The notes below the pieces were generated by a model. It was not told the origin of the DNA. It was given only the letters and a program-made list of their open reading frames with translations, and did no database searches. A stretch of DNA of 58,675 bases, the filler included, from Sphacelaria rigidula (lineage: Eukaryota): assembly GCA_964200075.2 (NCBI GenBank). It is 10 parts of 10 records of this genome, joined end to end, with 100 filler letters (N's around TTAATTAATTAA, not from the genome) between each part and the next. Parts side by side here need not be neighbours in the genome. Positions count along the whole stretch, not along the records: positions 11,757 to 17,534 come from CAXNAA020024540.1; positions 17,635 to 23,412 come from CAXNAA020024541.1; 8 more parts are not named here. One strand, written 5' to 3'. Of this stretch, positions 12,041 through 23,512 are shown one piece after another. Position numbers and translations under genes: made by a program. Position 1 is the first letter of the stretch. Every line of letters starts with the position of its first letter.

Positions 12041-13893
12041 AACGTTTCCTACACAGCGAAGATTGAACAAACGAGAGATAAAACGAAATCAGACAACAGA
12101 GTAGACGCACGTCATCTAGGTGATCAATGTCCGGACTGATAACATAAGAGAAGAACGCAACACGTCTGAGAAGAGGCGAGAGTAGACTAAGAAGAGGCGA
12201 GACAGTAAACACAAGAGATGGGCCAACACAGACAGCGACAACAGTAGATGCGAATTCCTTGCGGATTTGACTATACGGCCAGGCTCACCTTATTGTCGCT
12301 TCTCCTTGCGCCGATTTTCTTATCGGCCCATCCTTGTTATGCGACCTATCAGCTCTCCGCGCAAAACCTAAGTTCGCTAGTAGTAGGGTTGGTAGCGAAG
12401 TGAACGTCTCTACCGCCCTCGTACTCTTCGATGAGGGGAACCCGTGCGCTCGTCGTTTGTCGACATGGAAACCGAGATTAGTTCAGATCAATCTCGTGCC
12501 CGATGGCCGATAGCTCGTTGTTGAGATGCCCCGACAATGATCGGGTCGGTGTAAAACGGTGGACGTCGATGGCGTACTTCACCACCTCCTTCACCTCAGC
12601 CACGAACGGCGTCGGCACGCACAAGCGAAGAGAACAAAGCAAGCAGCAATGAAGCTGAACCTTCTTAAGGGTGTTTAGTGTGATTCGGAGAGCCGGTTGC
12701 TGCGTGTGATGCCTCCAACCTCCAAAAGTGCCTCGATTGAAGTTGCGACAGTCAAGTCTGAGAAGTTCAATCAAGATTCGTTCTGCTCAAAAGGGGTGGA
12801 ATGAGGGGTCTTCTCGAGTGCGCCAGAGACAAAGCGAAACACAACGCGATGAACACCGATGAAGCTGAAACTTGTTGAGGGCATCTCGATTGATGTTAGA
12901 AAAGCAATGGGATGGTTTTTTCGCACAGCGCGGCTTCGAATCAATCCGGGGGGGGGAAGTGCGTGGCTCGGAGCGTCGTAATGATGTCCGGACGGATAGA
13001 CAGGACGGACACTTCTTGTAGGATCAGTAGAAGCCTTTTCAGCCCTATGGGCCTCAAACAAATTGAGAAGAGAGGATACCATTGAGCGTGAGAAAAGGTC
13101 AAGAAACGAATCACTTGGTTCAGTTCCGGATTGTCCCTCCACGAGGTCCGATACGCTTTTTGTATTAGCTTGCCACTGAAGCCCTTGATATCCCTGAGAA
13201 GGGCATGGGCGTGTAGCTGTAAGCACACGCCAGTGTTCCAGAAAAAAAAAGAACACACAAGATGAAAAAATACTCAACTTGAAGCGAGTGGTAAGACCCA
13301 CCCTCAATCAACGCTCTATTCTCAATCCCACGAATTGTTACTAGCACAAGATTCATCTCTTTTTTCTGTTTCCCACAAACAAGGCCGGACAATATCGTGC
13401 GGCCCGTGGCCTTTCTTCTACGCATCAATATTTCCTACAACTTACGTCCACATGCGCTCTCACCTTCCCACACGCGAAATATTGCTCGTAAGAGGCGGCG
13501 GCGGTTGGAAGCAATCAACGTGATTGTACTGATATTCTACACGGCGCTACAGCCCTGGGTGTGAAAGAAGCTGACGCTCATGTTTGAGCATTTCATCTCA
13601 CATGTTTATAGCAGCTCTATACATCCGAGGGCAATGGCAGATACGTCCTCAAAGATTCGTTTTCTGCAACATGACGCAGCCGTAGTCAGTGTTGTGTGGA
13701 ACCACGAGCATCATGGAACGTACGTGACGGGCACGTGGAATACATTCCAATTTCCAGACTATACTTTCCGTAGCACCCAAGGGGACCTTCTCGATACCCT
13801 TCTGGGGCGTTCCATTCGCACATTGGTTTCTCCCGGTTGAAACTAAGGAATGCGGGCGTGCAAAGGGTGGCGCATGGGATGGGCACCGACACA

Positions 13894-16800
13894 TCACGGA
13901 AGAGCCGGCAAAGTACACGAAGTGATTCCTGTCTCTGACAGCGCCGCGGCCAGGTTGAGAGAGTTCTCGAGTTGCTCTCGACACTTTTCGACTTTCAGTG
14001 TAGGGTCGTGCCTGAGGTATCTCTTGAGCTTGCCAGGTTTCGCGCGAAATTTTTGCTCGAACACAGCCTTAACAGCAAGGGCTGTATCTCGCAAAGCTTC
14101 ACCAAGCTGCTGTGGGCTCCATGCAGATTCTCGTTCGCTTTCGTCCATCGTGCCTGGGTGTTGCCGGGTCCGTAGTGGTCCTGTTTCTGCTGTTGGTCCC
14201 CCAACCGCCACGCCGTTTTTGGCGTACACAAGCCATGCGCGCGCAAGACGCGAAGTACGCCTTGTGACATCGCACTGTTCTTTGACGGTACGGTGAGACA
14301 CTTGCCACTGAAGAGACCTGTGCACAAGGGAGGCTTGCTGGGTGAGCGTTAGAAGTAGCTGAGACAAGACGAGAACCACCACAGCACTCGACTGATTATG
14401 GGCTTGATGTTCGGTGAGTGAAGAAACGTGGGTGAAGGCCATCCTCGAAAGAGCCCCAGTGCTTAGTGGTGATGAGTTCGCGGCTGCCATGCACGCGTAC
14501 AGTAACGCTTCCTCTGCAGCTTCTGCCACTTCAAATTTGATGGGCATCATTTCTGCGTGCGTAACTTCCCGCTTGTCCAATAAAACGGCCCACCCCTCCC
14601 TCACAGCTGTGTCTAGCACCTCCTTAAAATCTGAGCTAGTGCCCCCACATAAAGCAGTCAGCACCGATTGCACGGTGTGCGCTTCTCGCTTCACCCGGAG
14701 GTAAACCGCGCCGTGGTAATTCTGCAACTTGCCCGTGGAAACTGTGATCAGAAGAGAAATTGATGCATTCAGGTCTTCCAGCAAATGAGAAATTAGTGCC
14801 GCTACACCCGTCACCCGGCCGGTGGCTGCACCGGCCCACTCGGGGGCCGTTTCCGCTACTATTGCAGCAAATTTCAACGTGTTCGATATCTCGGTCTTCC
14901 ACTTGTGAAAAATAAGCCCCTCTGTAACCGTAGGTACGACAGTAGGGGTTTCCGCCACGGCTGACCTGGCGCTGGCTGCCTGGTAGTACAGTCTCAGTGT
15001 TGCATCCGCGAAATCCGTCACGCACTTCACCCTGTCCGCTAGTAGATCTACGCACCATGCGTACGATGGAGGGGGGGGGAGTGCCGCCGCCTTTTCCTGG
15101 GCAGCGACAAGCGCATTGAGGGAGTCACGCGCGGCACCTCTTCGAACGGATTGCATCAGTTCGTATGTCACGTACGCGTGCCGCCTCGTGTTCAAGATCG
15201 CCTCTTGCACGTCGCTCGGTGCACGCTTTTCCCTGATAACTAATATCACAAACATCACGGAGCTTCGGAGGGATGTTATCCAACGATGAACTACCATGGA
15301 CATGGCCTTCGCCTGTTCTGCGTACGCCCTCGCCATCGAACCGCCGCAAGCTTTCCTCCATTCCTCTTCAGCGATTAGGCAGCCCACAGGGACTCGGGAA
15401 GGTCCCCCTTCGTTCCGAGAGATCTGCGCCGCCCACTGCAAGATGATTGACATCTCCTCGCTCGACACGCTCAGGTTGGTCACCAATTCATCCGTTTTAA
15501 CTGCTCTTGTAAAAGCAGCCGGGTTGAGTGATGCTCTGGGAAGGCTGTCATCCTCGGGGTGTGCTTCTGCGGCAACCTGGATGCATAGCCTTAAAATATT
15601 CTTGGCAGCGACACATATCCCCATCACCGCACCACCGATATCTGTTCTCACCCTACTCGTCTCAGGGTTCAAGGGATCACTGAACCCGCGGGCTTCCGCC
15701 ACAGCGACCAGTAGCTCTATCCCCGAGTTTGCTTCTATCACTGTGCAAACTGGTAGCACGTTCGCCACCGTGTATGCTTCCCACGTGGCAATACACGCCA
15801 ATTCGTTGCGTTTCGATGCGGCGGCCTGCTCCTCGACGGAGTTCACCATCTGGCGACAGGAAAATCTCACTGCTTCCACCAGCTGTGCAACAGCCATCGC
15901 TAGAGAACTCACGGCGTGTAGAGTGCTGATAAAATCTTGACGTTGGCGGGTGCTCCAAGGCCCGACTCTAGTATCACCCCGCTCCCCCTGGTCATTGCTG
16001 TCCACCACGTTCCTCACTGACCCTCTCGGGTTTACCGTGTTCGAATATTTCACAACGAGAAGCCGCATCGTCTCGGCAACCGTCCAGGACAACCCAAACC
16101 ACCTCCCAAGATCCACAATCGCGAGGTGAAACTGCGGTTGCCTGTGGCCTTTTGGGCGTTTGTTTGTCATTTTACGTAATGGCCACGGCTCCCTCTCCAA
16201 AAAAGCAGATGCAGCGTTTCGGGCATTGCTTCGACCGCGGTTCGCTGCTTGCACGTTTCGCGGGACATCGCTGGCTCCCACAAACATTTCCGTGCCCCGC
16301 TTTGTAGGCGCTAGCTGCGCCGTTACAGGCGCAAGCGCAGCGCCCCCGATTGAACTCTCTTCATCGATGCTCCTCGGCGGAGCGGAGGCACTAGTCGGGC
16401 CGCCTATCACGGTGTTCGAAGGATACCTCTTGTCAGGCACGGGTGAGACGGGGCATTTGCCTTTCGATTTCATAGCCCGCGCAAGGTCAGTCACTTCAAG
16501 CTGTCTGGCGTCGGCTTCACGGAGGTCACTGCGGAGCTTCGTCAAAGCTGCCACTCGGTCCTGCATCCCGTGCGCATGGTGCATGCAACAGCACGCAATT
16601 GCAGGCCCAATAAACGTTGAGCATACGGTGCTTCTGGAGTCTACGTTAGATACGTTCCGGCACTACTACTCAAGATGTGACGTCTCCCGTACCGTATAGT
16701 ATGTGTGTAAATACGGGGGTATCGCGGACGAATGCAGGCGTATGCCAACGGAAACAACGGCTTTTGTGGGAATACAACAAGCGGTACTCAATACTCAGCA

Positions 16801-17202
16801 ATCACGCAACTCAATGGACAGCCGCGACGCAAAAAAAAAACAGAATTCAGCTCCTCTAGGCATCACTGTTTCCTTACACTGTTGGTATTCTGATGAAAAA
16901 AGCACGGGAGAAGATATGCTCTGCGGTAGCGTAGTGTAGTCACAATCGCACCTGAGGAATTTTCTCGATCAAGACAGGCCAAAGATCATCCAACAAATTC
17001 CTGTCCCCAGAACAAATGATCATCGCCTGCGCGTCGTGACAAGGATTACAAGTACGGGCGGAGGGGTTGACGAGCCGGCGGGGCGCGTGAGACGTTGAGA
17101 TGTCGATCACGTCAATCGCGCTGAGGTGCCAACAATGCTGCACTTTCCCTCCAGGTGAATCTCGAAAGAGTGGATGAGCATGGAAGATTCCAAGAGACAA
17201 AC
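13894..17202 (-). CDS. Unidentified large protein, 3' part: exon 17202-16952 plus a 2.67-kb exon 16560-13894
   Basis: 896-codon stop-free ORF of Ala/Leu/Val-rich, helical-looking sequence. The upstream exon is bounded by acag| and |gtgcga and joins in phase 0 (…LIEKIPQ|DRVAALTKL…). The start codon is probably off-contig. Confidence 0.8.
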
Positions 17203-17464
17203 CTGTCTAAATGAACCGCGGGAACGGCACGGCGGCCATCACTCAACACAACCTACTGTGACTCGACCTGTACATACTCCTTCTGCTGGTGGGTAGAATA
17301 AACGAGACATGCAGTTAGGCAACCCTGTTCCAAAAATGTAAAACTCCTACAACAGCTGGAGAAGAGAAAATGTGCAGTACAGTCATACAATGTCGTACAC
17401 ATCAAGAACCGAATAGCTGAATGTACACACCAGGTATTTTTTACCAGTATTTACGTGAAGGGAG

Positions 17465-17534
17465 CGGGGGGGGAGAGGGGGGGGGGGGCGTACTCATTTG
17501 TTGCTTGCCTTAGTCATTTGACCATTGACCACGC
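17465..17534 (-). mobile_element. C-tailed short retro-element, subfamily A (truncated by contig end)
   Basis: Plus strand: G-run followed by CGTACTCATTTGTTGCTTGCCTTAGTCATTTGACCATTGACCACGC. Confidence 0.85.
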
Positions 17535-17859
17535 NNNNNNNNNNNNNNNNNNNNNNNNNNNNNNNNNNNNNNNNNNNNTTAATTAATTAANNNNNNNNNN
17601 NNNNNNNNNNNNNNNNNNNNNNNNNNNNNNNNNNGATAGATCATCAGTTAGAACCGGCTGAAGGAAAGTCCGCTTCTTGGGCGGTCCAGCCTGTATTGCA
17701 TCACAAGTAGTGGCTTGTACGAAACACACACGGTACCTTACTTTGCCCTAACGTTCCCCTCTCTTGCGCCATCGCTATCAACAATAACAGCAGCAGCATC
17801 ATCATTAGCAGCAGCAGCACAAAAACGACACAACTCTCAACAAAGAAACAATCCCTCAC

Positions 17860-18720
17860 GTCTGAATCCTCCTCGCCAACAGCCGAGATAGATCTCTTCC
17901 TGCTCAAACCCTCGCCTCCTCTGCCACCCTCCTGCCCCGCGCCCCCTCTGCCCCCCTCCTGCCCCGCGGCCCCTCTGCTGCCCTCCTGCCCCGCGGCCCC
18001 TCTGCCACCCTCCTGCCCCGCGCCCCTGCCCCTGCCTCGTCCCCTGCCTCGGCCCCTGCCTCGGCCCCTGCCCCTGCCGCGGCCGCCGCCTCTACCGCCG
18101 TCACCGCTACCACTACCGCTGCCTCCGCCGACAGCACCACCGCCATCCGTCCCCGCTTTCGGCAGCGCGTCGGCGGCCGCCACGGCACTACCATCGCCGC
18201 GTTGCGTGGCCTCGTAAGCCGCGAAGGCCGCCGCCGCCTCCTCCTCCGCCCTTCTAATCATCTTCTGGACTCTGGCCTTTTGCCGCGCAGCGTACTCGTC
18301 TCCATCGTTGTACTTGTCCTTGCTGATTTTGCTATATTTAGGCCGGCTACGAGCGGGCGCCGGCGCGGGCGCGGGCGCGGGTGCGGGCGCGGGTGCGGGG
18401 ATGGGGACGGCGGTGCTGGCAGCCCGGGCGGGGGGGGCGGCCGCGGCGGGGAGTGGGACGGCGGCGGTGGAAGCGGAAGCAGCGGAGGCGGTGGTGGAGG
18501 TGGCGACAGTGGCGACGGTGGGGGAAGTGACGGTGGTGGTGCGTGGTTGGGGTTTGCTCGTTGCTGACAGTGTGGCCGTCGTGGCCGTTGGGGTGGAGGT
18601 GCTCACGACTGCGAACGACCAGCCTCCAGGGCCTGTGCAGCGTGTGGGAGCGCGGGTTGGCGGGAAGGGAGAGGGAGGGGGGGAGGTCACAGGCATCGAG
18701 TAATCTTGCATGTCTTGATG
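17860..18720 (-). CDS. Putative exon of a low-complexity protein (Thr/Pro/Ala tract, charged helix, (GR)n and GQEGGRGxA repeats)
   Basis: GC-rich open frame with a non-repetitive core (RPKYSKISKDKYNDGDEYAARQKARVQKMIRRAEEE) and a good donor GAC|gtgagg at 17860. The 5' boundary is uncertain. Confidence 0.5.
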
Positions 18721-19109
18721 TCTTGAGAACAACAAATAGTACACGTGATAATGCTCTTCTCATGGGGTAGGTCGGGTACAACACACGAGAACAGTGCAGA
18801 CAAGCACAATCTAAATCTAGACACTGAAAGAAAAAAAAGTAACTTTGTGTCCAACACGTTCCCAGCTTTTTGTTGGTGACATTGCGGTATAGCTTCACAT
18901 AATCTTCCATTCCTAGGTGTGGGTGACAAACAGATAAAAGGGCGGACAAGCAGACAGACAAACAAAAACGAAAGTTGACTTGAGAAGCGGTGGGGGGGGA
19001 AGGGGGGGGGCATGAAATTTCGGACAAAGCATGAGTACAGATGGCAACATCTTTTGAAAGCTTCTGAGCCAGGGGCAAGTTGAGCACATAGTTGTCATCA
19101 ACGAGTAGC

Positions 19110-19307
19110 TAACCCTTACACGCGAGAGTAGGTCATCTGGTAAACCGGCATCAATTTCATTTGAAAAAAGTATACATACTCTGGATGAACTACCCTCGCG
19201 GTTGTAGGGCTAACGCGGTCATGCACAGCAATCCAGCCGAAGAGGAACCCCCTCGCGGTTGTAGGGCTAACGCGGTCATGCACAGCAATCCAGCCGAAGA
19301 GGAACCC
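19110..19307 (-). mobile_element. piggyBac-like MITE copy (~19110-19214) plus a 57-bp tandem duplication of one end and its flank
   Basis: CTAACCCTTACACGCGAG...CCCTCGCGGTTGTAGGGCTAA. The unit CCTCGCGGTTGTAGGGCTAACGCGGTCATGCACAGCAATCCAGCCGAAGAGGAACCC occurs twice. Confidence 0.7.
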
Positions 19308-19689
19308 GCCAAGTGCGTATCGTGAAGCTTGCGTCTCTGTTTTCATGTTCTTTAGGTTATCAGGGGTTTTTGCTGCTCTCCTGAAAATTTCTCATGATGA
19401 CAAGAAAATAAAAAAGGTGCCCAAAAATTCCGAGCATGAATTTACCAAATGCAATTTCCGCGGCCAGAAGAAAAAGCCTGAACATCACATTCCATGACTG
19501 ACCGTTGATCGAAAGTTAAATAGTGCCGACGGCATTCTGGGGTGTACGTACGAAAAATGCAGAGCAATCCTGGTGCAAATATCTGCTGATGATCGCGTCG
19601 CGGAGCTCGAATTTTCGAGTTGGGAACTAAAATATTCGACAGGCGCTATATGTACATGAGTTCTTGTCGACACATTCTAACGCCTCTGA

Positions 19690-19783
19690 AACGTTTTTTT
19701 TCTCTTCGCCGAGATATGATCAACCATTTGGGTCGGTCGTTGATATTAGTTGACCGTATCTCGGCGAAGAGGAAAAAAACGTT
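19690..19783. repeat. Short-loop inverted repeat (~35-bp arms)
   Basis: Left arm AACGTTTTTTTTCTCTTCGCCGAGATATGATCAAC versus the reverse complement of the right arm AACGTTTTTTTCCTCTTCGCCGAGATACGGTCAAC. Confidence 0.9.
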
Positions 19784-21711
19784 CAAGGGAGCGCGTCTCA
19801 GGGAAGCATCAGGATACGGCCACCAGTACAGCCCTGTATATTCTGTGGTAGTGTGGTGCTGAAGATTACCGGAAATACGTCATCCGGGGATCATACTGGC
19901 GGGATGTTATTACCACACGTTTGCTTGACTACCGTTTTACACAGGGGAATTGTGCTTTCAAGAAACAAACCAGTGTGCTGCTGCGGGTGTTCGGCGTTAG
20001 CGCTGTGGTCTCGTCTTCGTAGCTTTTCTTTTTGTTCATCTCCTTTTCGTGTTTTGAAGGTGTCTGAATTTCAAGAGAAAAAAAACTACAACCCAGACCT
20101 CGCTCCATCCCGCCCCACCCCACTCCAATCTACCGGCCACCATGACCGACTACCCTTAGATGGAACTCGACGATACCTGTTTTATTCAAAGCGTTAAGAT
20201 CCATGAAATGGAAACCACGAGGGCACACAGACAGGCACAGATAGACACAAGATAGACACCGACTGATAAATACAGACAGACAAGATACATTTTTCATAAT
20301 CCATCATCATTCATCATAAAAAAATTCCGCACATTAGCCCGATTTCTCGGACCCGCGGTGACAGACGTACGCTCGCTTTTCCCTGTACGATCTCTCGCAT
20401 GAGATAGAAGCGCTTATTGAGCGACCTCTTGAGCGACTTCAAAGCAAGAATCAAAACAATTCATCACCTCTTCGGTATTTCCCGTTTTCCTTCACGTAGC
20501 CGTCCACGATTTCCACTCCGCTTCCCCCAGACTTCCGTCCGGCAGCACCGCCGCCGCCACTTTTAGTCGCCGATGGCCTGTTGCGCGGTTCAATGAACTA
20601 CCGAGCGGATAATATGCAAGGTGCAGCCGAATCGAGGGCGCAGGGAGGCGGGGTGGACATTACGAATGAAAGGCCCGGGGACCAAAATCCACCCCCCTGA
20701 GTGACGACAACAACGCAGCCTGCTTGCGGGCGGGGGGGGGGGGGATCTGGATCAAGCATGTTTAGAAGTATTCATCACCCAAGCTCAAATGCTAGGGCTG
20801 GGTACTGGCACGCTTCGCCGCACCACCATCGCCCCCCCCCGGCTGGTGAGGGGGCCCCGCCTGAGGCGCTTTTTTACGCGATTTGGCTTCACTAGAGCAT
20901 AAAAAATGAGGAATCTACGTAGATATGTATGTACTGGTGTACTGGCGGGGCTGTCTACCAGTGCATATGCACTGGCAGTACGTACTGGTTCGGTACCCAA
21001 CCCTATAGAACGCGCTTCGGTGTCAAAACTAGTCCTCCATTCTAGGGTAATGACCACTAGACTACGCCGCAATAAAAAAGTCCCGTTGAGGGAGCGGGGG
21101 GGGGGGGCGGCGAGAGAGGAGAGGAGAGAGGATAGTTGACTTCTTCGCCGTTTTTTTTCTCTTCCTCTCCATTTTTTTTCTCATGAAGTCGACTCCCGCT
21201 TTCCTTCTCTCTCCACCCCCCCTTCCTGAGGAGGTGTCCGAGCTGTAGCCTCAAGGGCTCGACCAACCTGTTTCTCTCTCGAATACACAGATACGCAGAT
21301 GTGCAGTAACCCATCGAGCACTCAAGCCGCGCTCTTTCTGACCATCGCGACTACTATTTTTCGACTTTTTCAACTTTCGATATCTCACGTACGTACATGC
21401 ATTCCCGAGTTGTTTCACGACGGAAACCGTTTTCTTCATTACATGAAAACACGCATGTGAACCGCCACCTAAATAGGAAATGAGTCAGATATGTTTCACC
21501 ATCAACTTGCTGCCAAGCCTTCGCAAGGAAGTTAGTTGACCTCGCTATTACGAGTAAAACTTCCACCAAAGACATATGTTTTTCGATTATCGATTGTGGT
21601 ACCACTACCGACTCTACGTACGCACAAGCACCTGACGCTATCAAAAAAGGAACTTAGGAACCTTCTCCCCCACCCCTCCTGATTTTGGGCCTGGTCCGGA
21701 GAAAACCCGGC

Positions 21712-21821
21712 GCGCTCCGTCCCGGTTTTTTAGGGATGCGAGGTCTATGGCCTCATGACTATCGCATGCAAAATCTTGAGTACGAGTACAACGCCCCCCC
21801 CCCCCTCCCTCCCCCCCCCCC
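21712..21821 (+). mobile_element. C-tailed short retro-element, subfamily B
   Basis: GCGCTCCGTCCCGGTTTTTTAGGGATGCGAGGTCTATGGCCTCATGACTATCGCATGCAAAATCTTGAGTAC followed by a C-run. Confidence 0.8.
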
Positions 21822-22479
21822 TGGTCGTCTTTATCCGTCGGTCCACGAAACGCACCTGCGCAACGGTACCCTCCCACATGCCATCGGCGCCGAAGCTTCG
21901 AGCGAAAGTAGCACCAATCAAGCTGCCCGCGATAATGTTTCCTCGAACCTTTGGCTGCATCGCCTGGTTGTTCCACGCATTTGAAAGGAGCAGTGAGGTG
22001 TGTCGTCGCGGACGGACAACGGACAAGAGCCAGCGCTCACGAGTACGCGCAGGAGGGACGACGGGGGAAAAGACGATACATTCCCGCATGATTCTATGGG
22101 ACTCACCCACACCCACCCACACACATATACGTCTCCCAACTTTGGAATTAAAATGTGACTTACATATGTATTCTACACTATAGAAATCGCATCCTCTTCG
22201 TTCTCCTCGTTCTCTTTCCCCACCACTAGAAAAAAGGAACAGACGAGCAAGCGGTGCTTCACCACAAGAACAAAAAAAAACGAATTTGTCCGGACTGCAC
22301 TGAAAAAAAAATCTTGCAAGAAACAAAAAGCAAAAAAACAACAGCGTCCTCCCAATTTACCTGACCATCTAGCACACGCATGCACGCACACAAAATCCGA
22401 CGACGTCACGGCCCCCCAACCCGTCCACCCACATCCCACCACCACTACAACAAACCTCTGCTGCAGGCGCGAGCACTCC

Positions 22480-22851
22480 ATAAGCTTGCATGTCTCCGGC
22501 TGCCACCGCAGCGGCTGCCACCGCCGCAGGACCATCCCCGCCTGTCCCATCTCCGCCGCCGCTACCGCCGCTACCTCCGCCGCCTCCCGCCGCCGCCGCC
22601 GCTGCTGCCGCCGCCTTCTTCACGGCGTCGGCGGCGGCAGCAGCGGCCGCCGCGGCAACGGCGGGGGGGCGGCCGGTCGGGGCTGGGATGACCCCTGGCT
22701 GGACGGGCGCGTCACCGACCTTGCTGGCGATCTCGTAGCTGATGAAGCGCGTGCGGTATCCGCTGGCTTCGTAGATCTCCCTCAGCATTCGCTCCGGCAC
22801 GTCGGCATGGACATGCGCAACGAACCTTGCGTTTTTCCAGTATCTGGTTTG

Positions 22852-22921
<70 letters not shown>

Positions 22922-23046
22922 GGAGAGGTTGAGTAAACGAACATGCCTGGGTAAACAGAAGCGGTGATGTGGTATATGTCAACGCACGCCACCCCCGGTA
23001 GTGAAAATTTGACCGCGTGTTTGTCGTTCCGGAGATCGTTGGCCAC
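22480..23046 (-). CDS. Putative exons of an unidentified protein, with a probable 99-bp intron at 22942-22844
   Basis: Spliced reading ...DIYHITASVYPGI|YWKNARFVAHVHADVPERMLREIYEASGYRTRFISYEIASKV followed by poly-Ala/Gly; donor gttcgt, acceptor ccag. Outer boundaries are uncertain and it could be a pseudogene. Confidence 0.4.
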
Positions 23047-23512
23047 CTCTTCTCCTCGGTTTTGGCGTCGGTAATTGCGTTGGCCTCAGTCGGTTTCCCG
23101 ACCGAGGTACCCACGCCGGCCTAGGTCTAGTTGGTGCTTCCTTGCTACCTGTGCCTGCTTTTCAACGTCGACGTCTCAGAGCCGAAGTCTGCCCGCATCA
23201 CAGGCACATAGCAACGAATGAAGAGACAAGAAGGAGAGTATGGTGGCCGCATGTATGCTACGGCGTCAAGGATATCTTGCATGCCTCGGCGACGATCATT
23301 GATGACAACAACACGCACATTCTTTGCGAAGAACGGGAGGGGCGCGCGCGGGGGGGGGGGGGGGGGGATTTATTTGTTGGTAGGGCGGAGGGAGACACGT
23401 CTGAACTCCACGNNNNNNNNNNNNNNNNNNNNNNNNNNNNNNNNNNNNNNNNNNNNTTAATTAATTAANNNNNNNNNNNNNNNNNNNNNNNNNNNNNNNN
23501 NNNNNNNNNNNN

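Noticed and set aside
15296..16699. Plus-strand ORFs of 214 and 179 aa
   Set aside because: Antisense shadows of the 896-codon minus-strand ORF.
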